A stretch of DNA of 64,000 nt from Eledone cirrhosa (Eukaryota), in the NCBI GenBank assembly GCA_964016885.1, contig OZ024740.1:407774001-407838000 (forward strand), in the 5' to 3' direction. Position numbers and translations under genes: made by a program. The notes beneath the pieces are model-generated. The model saw only the letters and a list, made by a program, of their open reading frames with translations. It did not search any database and had not been told where the DNA came from. Below are positions 36,248 through 49,084 of this stretch, piece after piece; position 1 is the stretch's first letter; each line of letters begins with the position of its first letter.

Positions 36248-36850
36248 ATACATGCACCTTTAATGAGTTGTAGTGCACCTGAGCACTGTACACAATAATT
36301 TCATTATTATTAAGTACACATAGTAAACAAGTTAGGGATACATAGTATATGATTATATAAAGCGTTAATTTCTCCTGGTACAGAGTGCTGAATATCCAAG
36401 GCTAATCGAGGAAATCCACAGATTCAATCACTGTGACCACTAAGGGCAAGTGCACTTTCATAACTGTCATTGTCCAACCTACAGGCACAAGCTGAGAGTA
36501 AACTAATTCACTCATGCCATTTTCTCAACTTTCACCCACCTTTTTGGTAAATGTATTGGATGGGAGCACCTCCCTCTCCACCCTCACCTTCCTTTCCAAA
36601 TGAAACTTGAAAAAGTTGATGATAGCTTGACTGAAGAAGGATGTGTCTGTTTTGAGTCATTTCTATCATGTCCACCACACAACCTCTGTTATCATAATAA
36701 TAAGAGATGTATTAAAATTAACTACAATGAGTTGTATTTCATGTTAAGTATGTTCTTTTCTATTTCTTAACATCTCTACGATATATTTCAAATACTGAGT
36801 CTAATGCAGGACAGTGGACAGTGCCAAGAGCTTTTTTAATACCTCTTTAA

Positions 36851-37075
36851 CCCTTTAGCATTTAAACCAGCCATATCCATCCAGAATCCTCTCTCCTCTT
36901 TCTGTTCAAACTGGTCATAACCAGCCGCTCATACTGATGTTAAAGTATTGTTCTCAAAATAAATAACATCAAAATCTCGTAGATTCGATATTATGTGAGA
37001 TAATTATGTAAGATAAAGCCTTTAGCACAAAAATACAATAGTACATAAAGTATACAATAGTAAATACTAAAAAGA
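36851..37075. mobile_element. piggyBac-like MITE, same family as 32583, opposite orientation
   Basis: TTAA|CCCTTTAGCATTTAAACC; right TIR degenerate. Confidence 0.8.
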
Positions 37076-37480
37076 TTGATGTGTGTCCTGTTTAATTTCA
37101 ACTTCTGTCAGCTGATACTTATACAGAAAACAGGAAGGGGGGACAGTTCGGGTGAAAAATTCAGTGTGGTATTTGTTGGATGAAACAAGGCATAACTAGA
37201 GGACAAGAGACAAGTATATCAGAATAGCATATCTAACTCCAAAGCCCTAACCTTAAATATCTTTTCAGAGTTATTTTGCTTAATGAAAACAACTGGATTC
37301 TTTTGGAATCCATTTTTGGCTCTTTGTTATATAATTAATAATACAATAAAATATTAGCAGATATCATCATCATTATCCACAGTTTAATGTCCATTTTTCC
37401 ATGCTAGCATGGGTTAAGTTAATAACCAGATGATTGTTTGGTTGTTGATTGTCAAACCTCTTCATTCTTTGACCAACAAT

Positions 37481-40320
37481 ATCATCATCATCATCATCAT
37501 CGTTTAACGTCCATGTTCCACGCTTGCATGGGTTTGGACGGGAGTTTTCCCACTTGAGGCAAGAGTGGTTGACTTGCTTGCATAGGACTGCCTGGCGGGT
37601 TTTTTTACAGCTGGATGCCCTTCCTAACACCAACCACATTTACAGTGTGGGACTGGAAGGTTTTTACCGTGTTGCCTACACGACCACATTACAGCGTGGA
37701 CTGTGTGTTTTTTTGTCGTGACATCTACACGATCTCATTTGTTTCGGCCTGGATATTGTGGTACCAACATAACTTTACATTGAAAGGGCGGTGTGGATGG
37801 TGTGGGGGTGGTGGGACGGGGGAGTATTTTGTTAGAGATGCCTACTGACTGTAGTAGGTTTTACTTTGTATTTAGGTAAGGCGGGTCTTCTCTATTACTG
37901 AGTACCGCCAAAGGTCTCGGTCCAGTGACATTGTCTTGGAGAGGTGTAAGTGTGTGAGGTCGGAATTTATCAGCTCGTTCCAGGTTTTTCTGGGTCTGCC
38001 TACTCCGTAGCTACCGTCCATCTTTATTGCCCTGCACTTTGTTATACAGCTGTCGTCTTTCATGCACATCACGTGACCATACCAACGTAGCCTTCTCTCG
38101 AGTAAACAACATCTGATCCCTCTTATTTCTAATTTTTTCCTTAGTTCGTTTATGCTTTGCCGTTCACGTATATTACTATTACACATCCAGCGGAGCATGC
38201 AAGCTTCGTTCCTTTCTAGTCTGCGTATATCCTCTGCACACAATGCCCAGGTCTCGCTGCCATGCAACATTGCTGTTCGTATGCAGGCATCATACAACCT
38301 GCCTTTCATTTTTAGGGAGAACCCTTTAGCGGCTAATAGTGGTATAAGCTCTCTGAACTTTTTCCATCCAGTTCTGACTCTAGCTACTGTACTTTCAGAG
38401 CACCCTCCCCCACTGCTGATTTTGTCACCCAGGTAACGGAAGCTGTCCACTATTTCTATAGAACCTCTGTGCAATTGAAAGAGCTAGTATTTTGTGGGCA
38501 CTTGCTGCTACTTATTGCACCAGAGCACCGGCCACATGTAAAATCTATGTTCTTAGTTAGCTTACCTGTGATCCCACTACATCTTTTATGCACCCATACT
38601 TTGCATTTGGGACATAAAATGGAGTTTCTGCCTACTCCTTTCCTACACACTGAGCTTGGCCACTTCCCGGAAGGGACCGCTGCCTTATTTTCTTTCTTAC
38701 AAACTAGAACTTTAGTCTTAGCCAGGTTAATTTTAAGGCCTTTTGATTCTAGGCCGTGCTTCCATGTTTGGAATTTCTTCTCTAGCTTGGCCATTGATTC
38801 AGCTATGAGCGTTTGATCATCTGCGTATAGGAGTTCCCATGGGCAGCCGGGCTTGAACTCCTCTGTTATAGCCTGAAGGGCAATAATAAATAGTAGGGGG
38901 CTAAGAACAGAGCCCTGATGGACACCAACTTTTACGCTAAATTCTTCACTATATTCGTTGTTAATTCTAACCTTGCTGACTGTTTCTTTATACATGGCTG
39001 GTATAGCTCTCACAAGCCATTCGTCAACACCTAGTTTTCTAAGAGCCCACCAGATAATGGAATGGGGGACTCTGTCAAAGGCTTTCTCCAAGTCGACAAA
39101 AGCTAAGTATAGGGGTTTACTTTTAGCTAGGTACTTCTCCTGTAGTTGTCGTACAATGAAAAGAGCGTCTGTGGTACTTTTGCCTGACACAAACCCGAAC
39201 TGCATTTCATCTAGATCAATTCTCTCTCTGATTAGTTGTGCTATTACTTTTTCCGTGACCTTCATGACCTGGTCAATTAATTTAATGCCTCTATAGTTAC
39301 TCCTATCTAGGGCATCTCCTTTACCCTTATAACAGTTAATGATGATGCTGCTACGCCAGTCCTTCGGAACAACCCCATTCTGTACGACTTGGTTTACTAT
39401 CCGGGTGACCATGGTGTGTCCCACCGTTCCAGATGCCTTCAGCATCTCAGCAACTATTTCCGAAGGCCCAGCCACCTTACCCGTCTTCATATCTTTGATT
39501 GCCTTACTTATTATACTAACCTCGACTAACACTGCTGGTCCCTCTATTGGGTCGATGTGGGGGAGACTGTCTTTCTCCCATTTATTCTCCTCATTTAGTA
39601 GCCTTTCGTAGTGACACTTCCAAGCTACCTTCTTATCAGCGTCGGTGATGGCAAGTATGCCATCATCATTAAGGACACACTTCTCCCCGACAATATCACG
39701 GTTTTCCTTGACACATTGCCTAGCAATCCTGAACACCTCACGTTTTTGGTGCTCGCGTTGTAGAACATGCTTGAACTTTCTTTCCTCTGCTTCACTTCTT
39801 GCGAAGTACACTTGTCTCCTAGCTTCCCTCCTGGCCACTTGATAGTCTTCTCTACTTCCCCCATCCCACCATATTTTCGAAGCCTGCTTTTTGGCCTTAA
39901 TTGACCCCTCCACCTTACTGTTCCACCACCATGTTACTCTCCTCCTGCCTACAGGCCTGCTCCAGCCACAGACTTCGTCTGCCACCATCAGCAGGTTTGC
40001 TTTCAGGAATTCCCACTGTTCCTCTATATTGTACGACTCTAATTGCTCTTCCTTACTGTCAAAAGCATCAAGTAGTATGCTTTTAAATTTATTTCTGGCT
40101 GTGGGGTCCTTTAGCTTCCATATTTTTCTCCTGAGGATAGTCCTCTTCTGCTGTCTAGTACGTCTCGTCCTGACTATTAGGTCACTAATTATCAGTCTAT
40201 GTTGGGAGGTGCATTCTTCATGGGGGAGGGATTTAGTGTTTACAACAGACACTCTGTCACGTCTTCTTGTAAGGATATAATCTACCTGGCTTGTGTGTTC
40301 CCCCGATCTATAGGTGATCA
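37481..40320 (-). mobile_element. RTE subfamily C, 5'-truncated, frameshifted
   Basis: ORFs 38456-40252 and 37872-38474; single-unit 3' UTR; (GAT)n tail. Confidence 0.95.
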
Positions 40321-41081
40321 GGCTTACTTTTAGCTAGGTACTTTTCCTGTAATTGCCTCACAAGGAAGAGGGCATCAGTGGTGCCTCTTCCTGGTACAAA
40401 CCCAAATTGCATCTCGTCTATATTCACCCGGTCCCTAATCAGCTGTGCTATAACGCTTTCTGTTACTTTCATGACCTGGTCCATCAACTTTATACCTCTA
40501 TAGTTTCCTCTATCTAGTGCATCGCCTTTACCTTTGTAGCAGTTGACAATGATGCTACTGCACCAATCTTTTGGTATGGCCCCTTCTAGTATTACCTGGT
40601 TAATGATACGTGTGGTTATAGTGTGACCTACAGACTCAGATGCCTTCAGCATCTCGGCAGCTATACCCGATGGACCGGTTGCCTTCCCCATCTTCATATC
40701 TTTGATTGCCTTACTTACTACGCTGCTGCTGACTTGTACTGCTGGTCCCTCTATAGGGTCTACTTGGGGTAGGGTCTCTTCTTCCCATGCATTCTCCTCA
40801 TTTAGTAATCTATCATAATGACTCTTCCATGCATCTTTCTTCTCAGCACTTGTGAGGGCAAGCTCACCTTTATCATTCCGGATACACTTCTCTCCAATGA
40901 CATCACAACTATCTCTGACACACTGCCTCGCAATCTTGAATACCTCCTGCTTCTGGTCCTCACGTTGTAAAACATGCTTGAATTTTCTATCCTCTGCTTC
41001 CCTCCTAGCTAAGTATACTTGTCGCCTAGCTTCCCTCTTGGTCTCTATGTAATGTACCCTGCTCCCCCCGTTCTTCCATTC
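40321..41081 (-). mobile_element. RTE subfamily B internal fragment fused to the 5' end of the C copy
   Basis: Near-identical to 29431-30191. Confidence 0.92.
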
Positions 41082-41197
41082 TATATATATATATATATAT
41101 ATATAAGTAAAAGGTAAAGACAAATAACAACAAAACCCATTGGTACAGTATATGGAAGGGATATATTAGGTTAATGCTTGATATAGCAGGAAGAGGG

Positions 41198-41233
41198 TCT
41201 TAACGTTTCGGACGCTAGTCCTTCATCAGAAGA
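41198..41233 (-). ncRNA. Very small hammerhead motif
   Basis: TCTT-CTGATGA-A-GGAC-TAGC-GTCC-GAAA-CG-TT/AAGA, with palindromic AACGTT at stem III. Confidence 0.75.
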
Positions 41234-41362
41234 AAGAATGAGAAAAAAGATAGATTGGGGGGACGGGCGGGTTGGAATTTAAAAAAATGTCTTTAGATAA
41301 AAATAACATATATATATAATATTATATATACACCTATAATATTATATATACACATATACATT

Positions 41363-41399
<37 letters not shown>

Positions 41400-41706
41400 T
41401 TCAAGAGTAACCAATCTTAAAGAGAGAGATGGAGATAGTAGAGGAGATATGAGAGGAGAGATTGGTGAGTTAGTTAGAAGCCAAAGCGTAAAGGCATGTG
41501 CTCAATGTGCAATATGCAGTAGAAAGCAGCTAGGTGGCTGGGTTCATGCAGAAGTTAGGTGTGCAGAGCTGGAAATATTCATTAGTTAAGCAAAACAAGA
41601 CCACAAATTTCACAAGGAAGACATTATTAAAAGATTGTCAACATATTTTAGTTTGATGTAAGGAATGTAGAGAATAATAATAATAATATTGATAATAATA
41701 ATGTCC

Positions 41707-41826
41707 GTTTACAATTGTTTCGCTACTCCATATAATATTTCTGGATCAGATGACTATATATCATAATTGATCTGGTTCAGTTGAAAATAATTAACATATT
41801 TAAAAAACAGAGTGGCTCATCGGAAC
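41707..41826 (-). ncRNA. Hammerhead-like motif with about 95-nt stem II region
   Basis: GTT-CCGATGA-GCCACTCTG...TGGAGTAGC-GAAA-CAATTG-TA/AAC. Confidence 0.55.
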
Positions 41827-41959
41827 TTCAAAGGAATATAAATTAAAATAATGGGATAATGTTACATAATATAATGTTCCATATATTGGTTTTTACTATG
41901 GTGTCTTGGTTGCATCAGTTGTCAGCCATAATCAAGCAGTATTCATCTGTCAAGGCGGC

Positions 41960-43004
41960 ATTGTGTGAGTATGGACGCGACAGATTCGGCCGAGGTCACA
42001 GATCTTATAGGATTATTCCTACTATTTAAACTCACCGAAATATTTCCCGCATTCGGCAGTGGATTGTACCGGGATGATGGGCTCCTCACCCTCAAAGGGT
42101 ACAACCCCAGTAGTACAGACCGGGTCCGTAAACAACTAATCAACTTCTTCCGGGACTGGGGATTTAAAATCACCCTACAAACGTCCCTAACCCGAGTCAA
42201 TTTCCTGGACGTTACCCTTAACATCGAAAGTGATCTATACTACCCATACAAGAAACCAAATGACAACCTGCACTACATCCACTGCTGCTCTGACAATCCT
42301 AGAAACATCACCAATAACCTGGTTAAAAACATCTCCCTCCGCTTATCTCGTTTGTCCGCTAATAAGCAGATATTCGACGAACGCGCGCCTCATTACAACC
42401 AGGCCCTCAAGCGGAGTGACTTCCGGGAGGAAATATCCTTTTATCCAGCTTCCCTTAGCGGATCCAGCAGGTGACACCGCCGCTCACGCAACGTAATGTG
42501 GTTCAATCCTCCCCATAATGCCGAGGTGGGAAAATTTTCTTTGGACTCCTCGAAAAACACTTCCCACTACAACACCGCTACCACAAAATAATCAACAAAA
42601 ACACCATCAAACTCTCCTACAGCACCACACCTAACTCCTCACAAAACATCGTCTCCTCAAACAACAAAAAACTCAACCCCTATGGAAGAAATAACCTAGA
42701 CATCAGTGGAGAGCCTACCAGCAGGTGTAACTGCCCTGATAGATCTACGTGCCCCTTCAACAACAAATGCCGAGAACATAACGTGATCTACCAATGCAAC
42801 GTGAGGACGGACACCTCCAACAAAGCTTATATAGGATTAACCGCGTGTGACTTCAAGACCCGGCTATACCAACACCGACATACTTTCCGAAACCCGGTCC
42901 GGCGACATGCCACTACACTTTCGGGCCACATCTGGGACCTCCAAGATAATAATATAACCTACAATCTCACTTGGAGCTTACTGTCCAAAGCTAACTCTTA
43001 CATG
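41960..43004 (+). pseudogene. PLE (Naiad-type) RT C-half plus GIY-YIG, disrupted, cut by a SINE
   Basis: DSAEVTDLIGLFLL...GLYRDDGL...VNFLDVTLN...PYKKPND; RNVMWFNPP; CNCPDRSTCPFNNKC...VIYQC...YIGLTACDFKTRLYQH. Confidence 0.9.
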
Positions 43005-43329
43005 GGAGGTACATAGCTTAGTGGTTTGAGCATTGGCCTTGCAATCAAAAGGTTGTGAGTTCAATTCTCAGACCGGGTGATGTGTTGTTTCCTTGAGCAA
43101 GACACTTTATTTCACATTGCTCCAGTTTACTCAGCTGTAGAAATGAGATGATAGAGACTGGGGTCACTATCATTCCACTGCAAAGTGGTCGTGGAGGTGC
43201 CACGGCAAAAAAGCACCCAGCACTCACTGTAAATGAGGTTGGTGTTAGGAAGGGCATCCAGCTGTAGAAATCAAGCCAGAATCAGTTCCCGTCCCACCCT
43301 TGCAAGCAGGGAAAAGCGGACGTAAAATG

Positions 43330-43331
<2 letters not shown>
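43005..43331 (+). mobile_element. CORE-SINE family 1, RTE-A-type tail
   Basis: Match to 10947-11293. Confidence 0.9.
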
Positions 43332-43384
<53 letters not shown>

Positions 43385-43827
43385 TATACATATATATATA
43401 CATATATATATACATATATATATATATACATATATATACATATATATATACATATATATATACATATATATATATATACATATATATATACATATATATA
43501 CATATATATACATATATATATATACATATATATACATATATATACACATATATATATACATATATATACATATATATATATACATATATATACATATATA
43601 TATATATACATATATATACATATATATACATATATATATATACACATATATATACATATATATATATACATATATATATACATATATATACATATATATA
43701 TATACACATATATATACATATACATATATATATACATATATATATATACACATATATATACATATATATATATACATATATATATATACACATATATATA
43801 CATATATATATATACATATATATATAC

Positions 43828-46800
43828 ATCATCATCATCATCATCATCAGGTTTAGCGTCCGTGTTCCACGCTTGCATGGGTTTGGACGGGGGTTTTCCC
43901 ACTTGAGGCAAGAGTGGTTGTCTTGCTCGCATAGGACTGTCTGGCGGGTTTTCTACAGTTGGATGCCCTTCCTAACACCAACCACATTTACAGTGTGGGG
44001 CTGGGAGGTTTTTACCGTGTTGCCTACACGGCCACATTACAGCGTGGACTGTCTGGCTGGTTTTCTACAGCTGGATGCCCTTCCTAACACCAACCACATT
44101 TACAGTGTGGGGCTGGGAGGTTTTTACCGTGTTGCCTACACGGCCACATTTACAGCGTGGACTGTGTGTTTTTTGTCGTGACACCTACACGATCTCATTT
44201 GTTTCGGCCTGGATGTTGTGGGACCAACATAACTTTGCATTGAAAGGGGCGGTGTGGGTGGGGTGGAGGTGGTGGGACGGGGGTGTGTTTTGATAGAGGT
44301 GCCTACTGACTGTAGTAGGTTTTTACTTTGTATTTAGGTAAGGCGGGTCTTCTCTATTACTGAGTACCGCCAAAGGTCTCGGTCCAGTGACATTGTCTTG
44401 GAGAGGTGTAAGCGTGTGAGGTCGGAATTTATCAGCTCGTCCCATGTTTTTCTGGGTCTGCCTACTCCGTGGCTACCGTCTATCTTTATTGCCCTGCACT
44501 TTGTTATACAGCTGTCGTCTTTCATGCGCATCACGTGACCGTACCAACGTAGCCTTCTCTCGAGTAAACAACATCTGATCCCTCTTATTTCTAATTTTTT
44601 CCTTAGTTCGTTTATGCTTTGCCGTTCACGTATATTACTATTGCACATCCAGCGGAGCATGCAAGCTTCGTTCCTCTCTAGTCTGCGTATATCCTCTGCA
44701 CACAATGCCCAGGTCTCACTGCCATGCAGCATTGCTGTTCGTATGCAGGCATCGTATAACCTGCCTTTCATTTTTAGGGAGAACCCTCTAGCGGCTAATA
44801 GTGGTATAAGCTCTCTGAACTTTTTCCATCCAGTTCTGACTCTAGCTACTGTACTTTCAGAGCACCCTCCCCCACTGCTGATTTTGTCACCCAGATAACG
44901 GAAGCTGTCCACTATTTCTATAGAACCCTCTGCGCAGTTGAAGGAGCTAGTATTTTGTGGGCACTTGCTGCTACTTATTGCACCAGAGCACCGGCCACAT
45001 GTAAAATCTATGTTCTTAGTTAGCTTACCTGTGATCCCACTACATCTTTTATGCACCCATACTTTGCATTTGGGACATAAAATGGAGTTTCTACCTACGC
45101 CTTTCCTACACACTGAGCATGGCCATTTCCCCGATGGGACCGCCGCCTTATTTTCTTTCCTACAAACTAGAACTTTAGTCTTAGCCAGGTTAATTTTAAG
45201 GCCTTTTGATTCTAGGCCGTGCTTCCACGTTTGGAATTTCTTCTCTAGTTCGGTCATTGATTCAGCTATGAGCGTTAGATCATCTGCGTATAGGAGTTCC
45301 CATGGGCAGCCGGTCTTGAACTCCTCTGTTATAGCCTGAAGGGCAATAATAAATAGTAGGGGGCTAAGTACAGAGCCCTGATGGACACCAACTTTTACGC
45401 TAAACTCTTCACTATATTCGTTGTTAATTCTAACCTTACTGACTGTTTCTTTATACATGGCTTGTATAGCTCTCACAAGCCATTCGTCAACACCTAGTTT
45501 TCTAAGAGACCACCAGATAATGGAACGGGGGACTCTGTCGAAGGCTTTCTCCAAGTCGACAAAAGCTAAGTATAGGGGTTTACTTTTAGCTAGGTACTTC
45601 TCCTGTAGTTGTCGTACAATGAAAAGAGCGTCTGTGGTACTTTTGCCTGACACAAACCCGAACTGCATTTCATCTAGATCAATTCTCTCTCTGATTAGTT
45701 GCGCTATTACTTTTTCCGTGACCTTCATGACCTGGTCGATTAATTTAATGCCTCTATAGTTACTCCTATCTAGGGCATCTCCTTTTCCCTTATAGCAGTT
45801 AACGATGATGCTGCTACGCCATTCCTTCGGAACAACCCCATTCTGTACGACTTGGTTAACTATCCGGGTGACCATGGTGTGTCCCACCGAACCAGATGCC
45901 TTCAGCATCTCAGCAACTATTTCCGAAGGCCCAGCCGCCTTACCCGTCTTCATATCTTTGATTGCCTTACTTATTATACTACCTTCAACTAACACTGCTG
46001 GTCCCTCTATTGGATCGATCTGGGGGAGACTGTCTTTCTCCCATTTGTTCTCCTCATTTAGAAGCCTTTCGTAGTGACACTTCCAAGCTACCTTCTTATC
46101 AGCGTCAGTGATGGCAAGTACACCATCATCATTAAGTACACACTTCTCCCCGACAATATCACGGTTTTCCTTGACGCATTGCCTAGCAATCCTGAACACC
46201 TCACGTTTTTGGTCATCGCGTTGTAGAACATGCTTGAACTTTCTTTCCTCTGCTTCCCTTCTTGCGAAGTACACTTGTCTCCTAACTTCCCTCCTGGCCA
46301 CTTGATAGTCTTCTCTACTTCCCCCATCCCGCCATACTTTCCAAGCCTGCTTTTTGGCCTTAATTGACTCCTCCACCTTACTGTTCCACCACCATGTTAC
46401 TCTCCTCCTACCTACAGGCCTGCTCCAGCCACAGACTTCGTCTGCCGCCGTCAGCAGGTTTGCTCTCAGGAATTCCCACTGTTCCTCTATATTATACGAC
46501 TCTAATTGCTCTTCCTTACTGTCGAAAGCGTCAAGTAATTTGCTTTGAAATTTATTTCTGGCTATGGGGTCCTTTAGCTTCCATATTTTTCTCCTGAGGA
46601 TAGTCCTCTTTCGCTGTCTAGTACGTCTCGTCCTGACTATGAGGTCGCTAATTATCAGTCTATGTTGGGAGGTGAATTCTTCATGGGGGTGGGATTTAGT
46701 GTTAACAACAGACACTCTGTCACGTCTTCTGGTAAGGATATAATCTACCTGGCTTGTGTGTTCCCCCGATCTATAGGTGATCAAGTGATTGTCTCGTTTT

Positions 46801-47724
46801 TTGAAGTTAGTGTTACAGATAGTTAAGTTATTTGCGTCGCAGAATTCCAGGATTCTGGAGCCTTCCTCATTTCTAGTACCGAACCCATAGCCTCCATGGA
46901 TTCCGTCATAGCCGTCACAATGTTGTCCAACGTGACCATTTAGGTCGCCTGCAATAACTATATAGTCACTGTCGGTTATTTGGGAGGTAGCGAGCATCAG
47001 TGTCTCGTAGAATCTGTCTTTTATAGCGCGGGGCTGTCCGGATTGGGGTGCGTACGCAGATATTACTGTCACCGTAGTTTTATTGAGGACAAGTCTTATT
47101 TTAATTATTCTGTCGTTCACTCTATTTACGTCTATTATCTTATCTGCCCACTTTTCTGCTACCATGATTCCTACCCCACCCAACCCATTGTCATTTCCCA
47201 CCCAGAAAAGCTTATAGCATCGCTCTTTACCCACGATGAATCTAGCCGACCCTCCCCTCCACCTGGTCTCTTGAATACAACAAACATCGACCTCCTTACG
47301 TTCAAGCATTTCTACAACCTCGTTAGAGCGACCCTTTAAGGTGCCTACATTCATGGTACCAACTCTGAAGTTTTGGATTGCGTTTGGAGGGTGGGAGCGG
47401 TGGGGCGCGGGGGGGGATGGGGTTATGTTAGCCATCCTGGGCCGAAACAAGGAGGAGTGCTTGCATTCTCGTCCACGAGGTGAATTTGGCTTTATCTTTG
47501 GCATTGTCGCTGAGCGTCCACATTTTTCTCTCTTCAACTCTCCAGGATTCCGTAGTCCATCCATCATATCGAAAAGCAACCAGTTAAGCGATAGTATGGG
47601 CCTCTGACTTATGATTGGTCCACGTAATAATGGTGGTGCGTGGGGGCGGGAGGGAGGGCTGATGGGTTGTTAGCGAGAATGTAAGGTTTAAGATAAGATC
47701 GCCGTATTTTGGGCATGATTTAAC
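43828..47724 (-). mobile_element. RTE LINE subfamily C, apparently full length, within (TA)n
   Basis: Intact ORF, ~500-bp 3' UTR with duplicated unit, (GAT)n tail, TA tracts on both sides. Confidence 0.95.
44334..47579 (-). CDS. RTE polyprotein: APE and RT with PHD-like insertion (up to 1081 aa, intact; true start uncertain)
   Basis: GTMNVGTL, IQETRW, GDLNGH, SQHRL; DLEKAFD, QGSVLSP, YADD, FRYLG. Confidence 0.95.
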   Translation of the reverse strand: MLFDMMDGLRNPGELKREKCGRSATMPKIKPNSPRGRECKHSSLFRPRMANITPSPPAPHRSHPPNAIQNFRVGTMNVGTLKGRSNEVVEMLERKEVDVCCIQETRWRGGSARFIVGKERCYKLFWVGNDNGLGGVGIMVAEKWADKIIDVNRVNDRIIKIRLVLNKTTVTVISAYAPQSGQPRAIKDRFYETLMLATSQITDSDYIVIAGDLNGHVGQHCDGYDGIHGGYGFGTRNEEGSRILEFCDANNLTICNTNFKKRDNHLITYRSGEHTSQVDYILTRRRDRVSVVNTKSHPHEEFTSQHRLIISDLIVRTRRTRQRKRTILRRKIWKLKDPIARNKFQSKLLDAFDSKEEQLESYNIEEQWEFLRANLLTAADEVCGWSRPVGRRRVTWWWNSKVEESIKAKKQAWKVWRDGGSREDYQVARREVRRQVYFARREAEERKFKHVLQRDDQKREVFRIARQCVKENRDIVGEKCVLNDDGVLAITDADKKVAWKCHYERLLNEENKWEKDSLPQIDPIEGPAVLVEGSIISKAIKDMKTGKAAGPSEIVAEMLKASGSVGHTMVTRIVNQVVQNGVVPKEWRSSIIVNCYKGKGDALDRSNYRGIKLIDQVMKVTEKVIAQLIRERIDLDEMQFGFVSGKSTTDALFIVRQLQEKYLAKSKPLYLAFVDLEKAFDRVPRSIIWWSLRKLGVDEWLVRAIQAMYKETVSKVRINNEYSEEFSVKVGVHQGSVLSPLLFIIALQAITEEFKTGCPWELLYADDLTLIAESMTELEKKFQTWKHGLESKGLKINLAKTKVLVCRKENKAAVPSGKWPCSVCRKGVGRNSILCPKCKVWVHKRCSGITGKLTKNIDFTCGRCSGAISSSKCPQNTSSFNCAEGSIEIVDSFRYLGDKISSGGGCSESTVARVRTGWKKFRELIPLLAARGFSLKMKGRLYDACIRTAMLHGSETWALCAEDIRRLERNEACMLRWMCNSNIRERQSINELRKKLEIRGIRCCLLERRLRWYGHVMRMKDDSCITKCRAIKIDGSHGVGRPRKTWDELINSDLTRLHLSKTMSLDRDLWRYSVIEKTRLT

Positions 47725-47789
<65 letters not shown>

Positions 47790-47812
47790 TATACATATAT
47801 ACATATATATAC

Positions 47813-47895
<83 letters not shown>

Positions 47896-47912
47896 CATAT
47901 ATATACATATAC

Positions 47913-47943
<31 letters not shown>

Positions 47944-48064
47944 CATATATACATATATATATATACATATATACATATATATATATATACACATATATAT
48001 ATATATACATATATATATACATATACACATATATATATATATACATATATATATACATATACAC

Positions 48065-48097
<33 letters not shown>

Positions 48098-48118
48098 CAT
48101 ATATATATACATATACAC

Positions 48119-48149
<31 letters not shown>

Positions 48150-48160
48150 CATATATATAC

Positions 48161-48215
<55 letters not shown>

Positions 48216-48230
48216 TACATATATATATAT

Positions 48231-48261
<31 letters not shown>

Positions 48262-48320
48262 TACATATATATACATATATATACATATATATATACATAT
48301 ATATACATATATATATATAC

Positions 48321-48353
<33 letters not shown>

Positions 48354-48362
48354 CATATATAT

Positions 48363-48701
48363 ATGGCTTAGTGGTTAGAGCATTGGCCTTGCAATCGAAA
48401 GTTGTGAGTTCAATTCTCAGACCGGGTGATGTGTTGTTTCCTTGAGCAAGACACTTTATTTCACATTGCTCCAGTTTACTCAGCTGTAGAAATGAGATGA
48501 TAGGGACTGGGATCTCTATCATTCCACTGCAAAGTGGTCGTGGAGGTGCCACGGCAAAAAAGCACCCAGCACTCACTGTAAATGAGGTTGTTGTTAGGAA
48601 GGGCATCCAGCTGTAGAAATCAAGCCAGAATCAGTTCCCGTCCCACCCTTGCAAGCAGGGAAAAGTGGACGTAAAATGATGATGATGATGATGATGATGA
48701 T
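48363..48701 (+). mobile_element. CORE-SINE family 1, RTE-A-type tail
   Basis: Match to 10947-11293. A tail-only insertion follows at 48989-49042. Confidence 0.9.
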
Positions 48702-48703
48702 AC

Positions 48704-48810
<107 letters not shown>

Positions 48811-48811
48811 C

Positions 48812-48842
<31 letters not shown>

Positions 48843-48933
48843 CATATATATACATAGATATATATATATATATATACATATATATACATATATACATATA
48901 TATACATATATATACATATATACATATATATAC

Positions 48934-48993
<60 letters not shown>

Positions 48994-49040
48994 CACCCTT
49001 GCAAACAGGGAAAAGCAGACGTAAAATGATGATGATGATG

Positions 49041-49083
<43 letters not shown>

Positions 49084-49084
<1 letters not shown>

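Noticed and set aside
42472-42474. In-frame TGA in a Naiad-type ORF as possible selenocysteine
   Set aside because: Falls in an Arg-rich linker (SR*HRRSRN), so CGA-to-TGA decay is more likely; the copy is also frameshifted and no SECIS is visible
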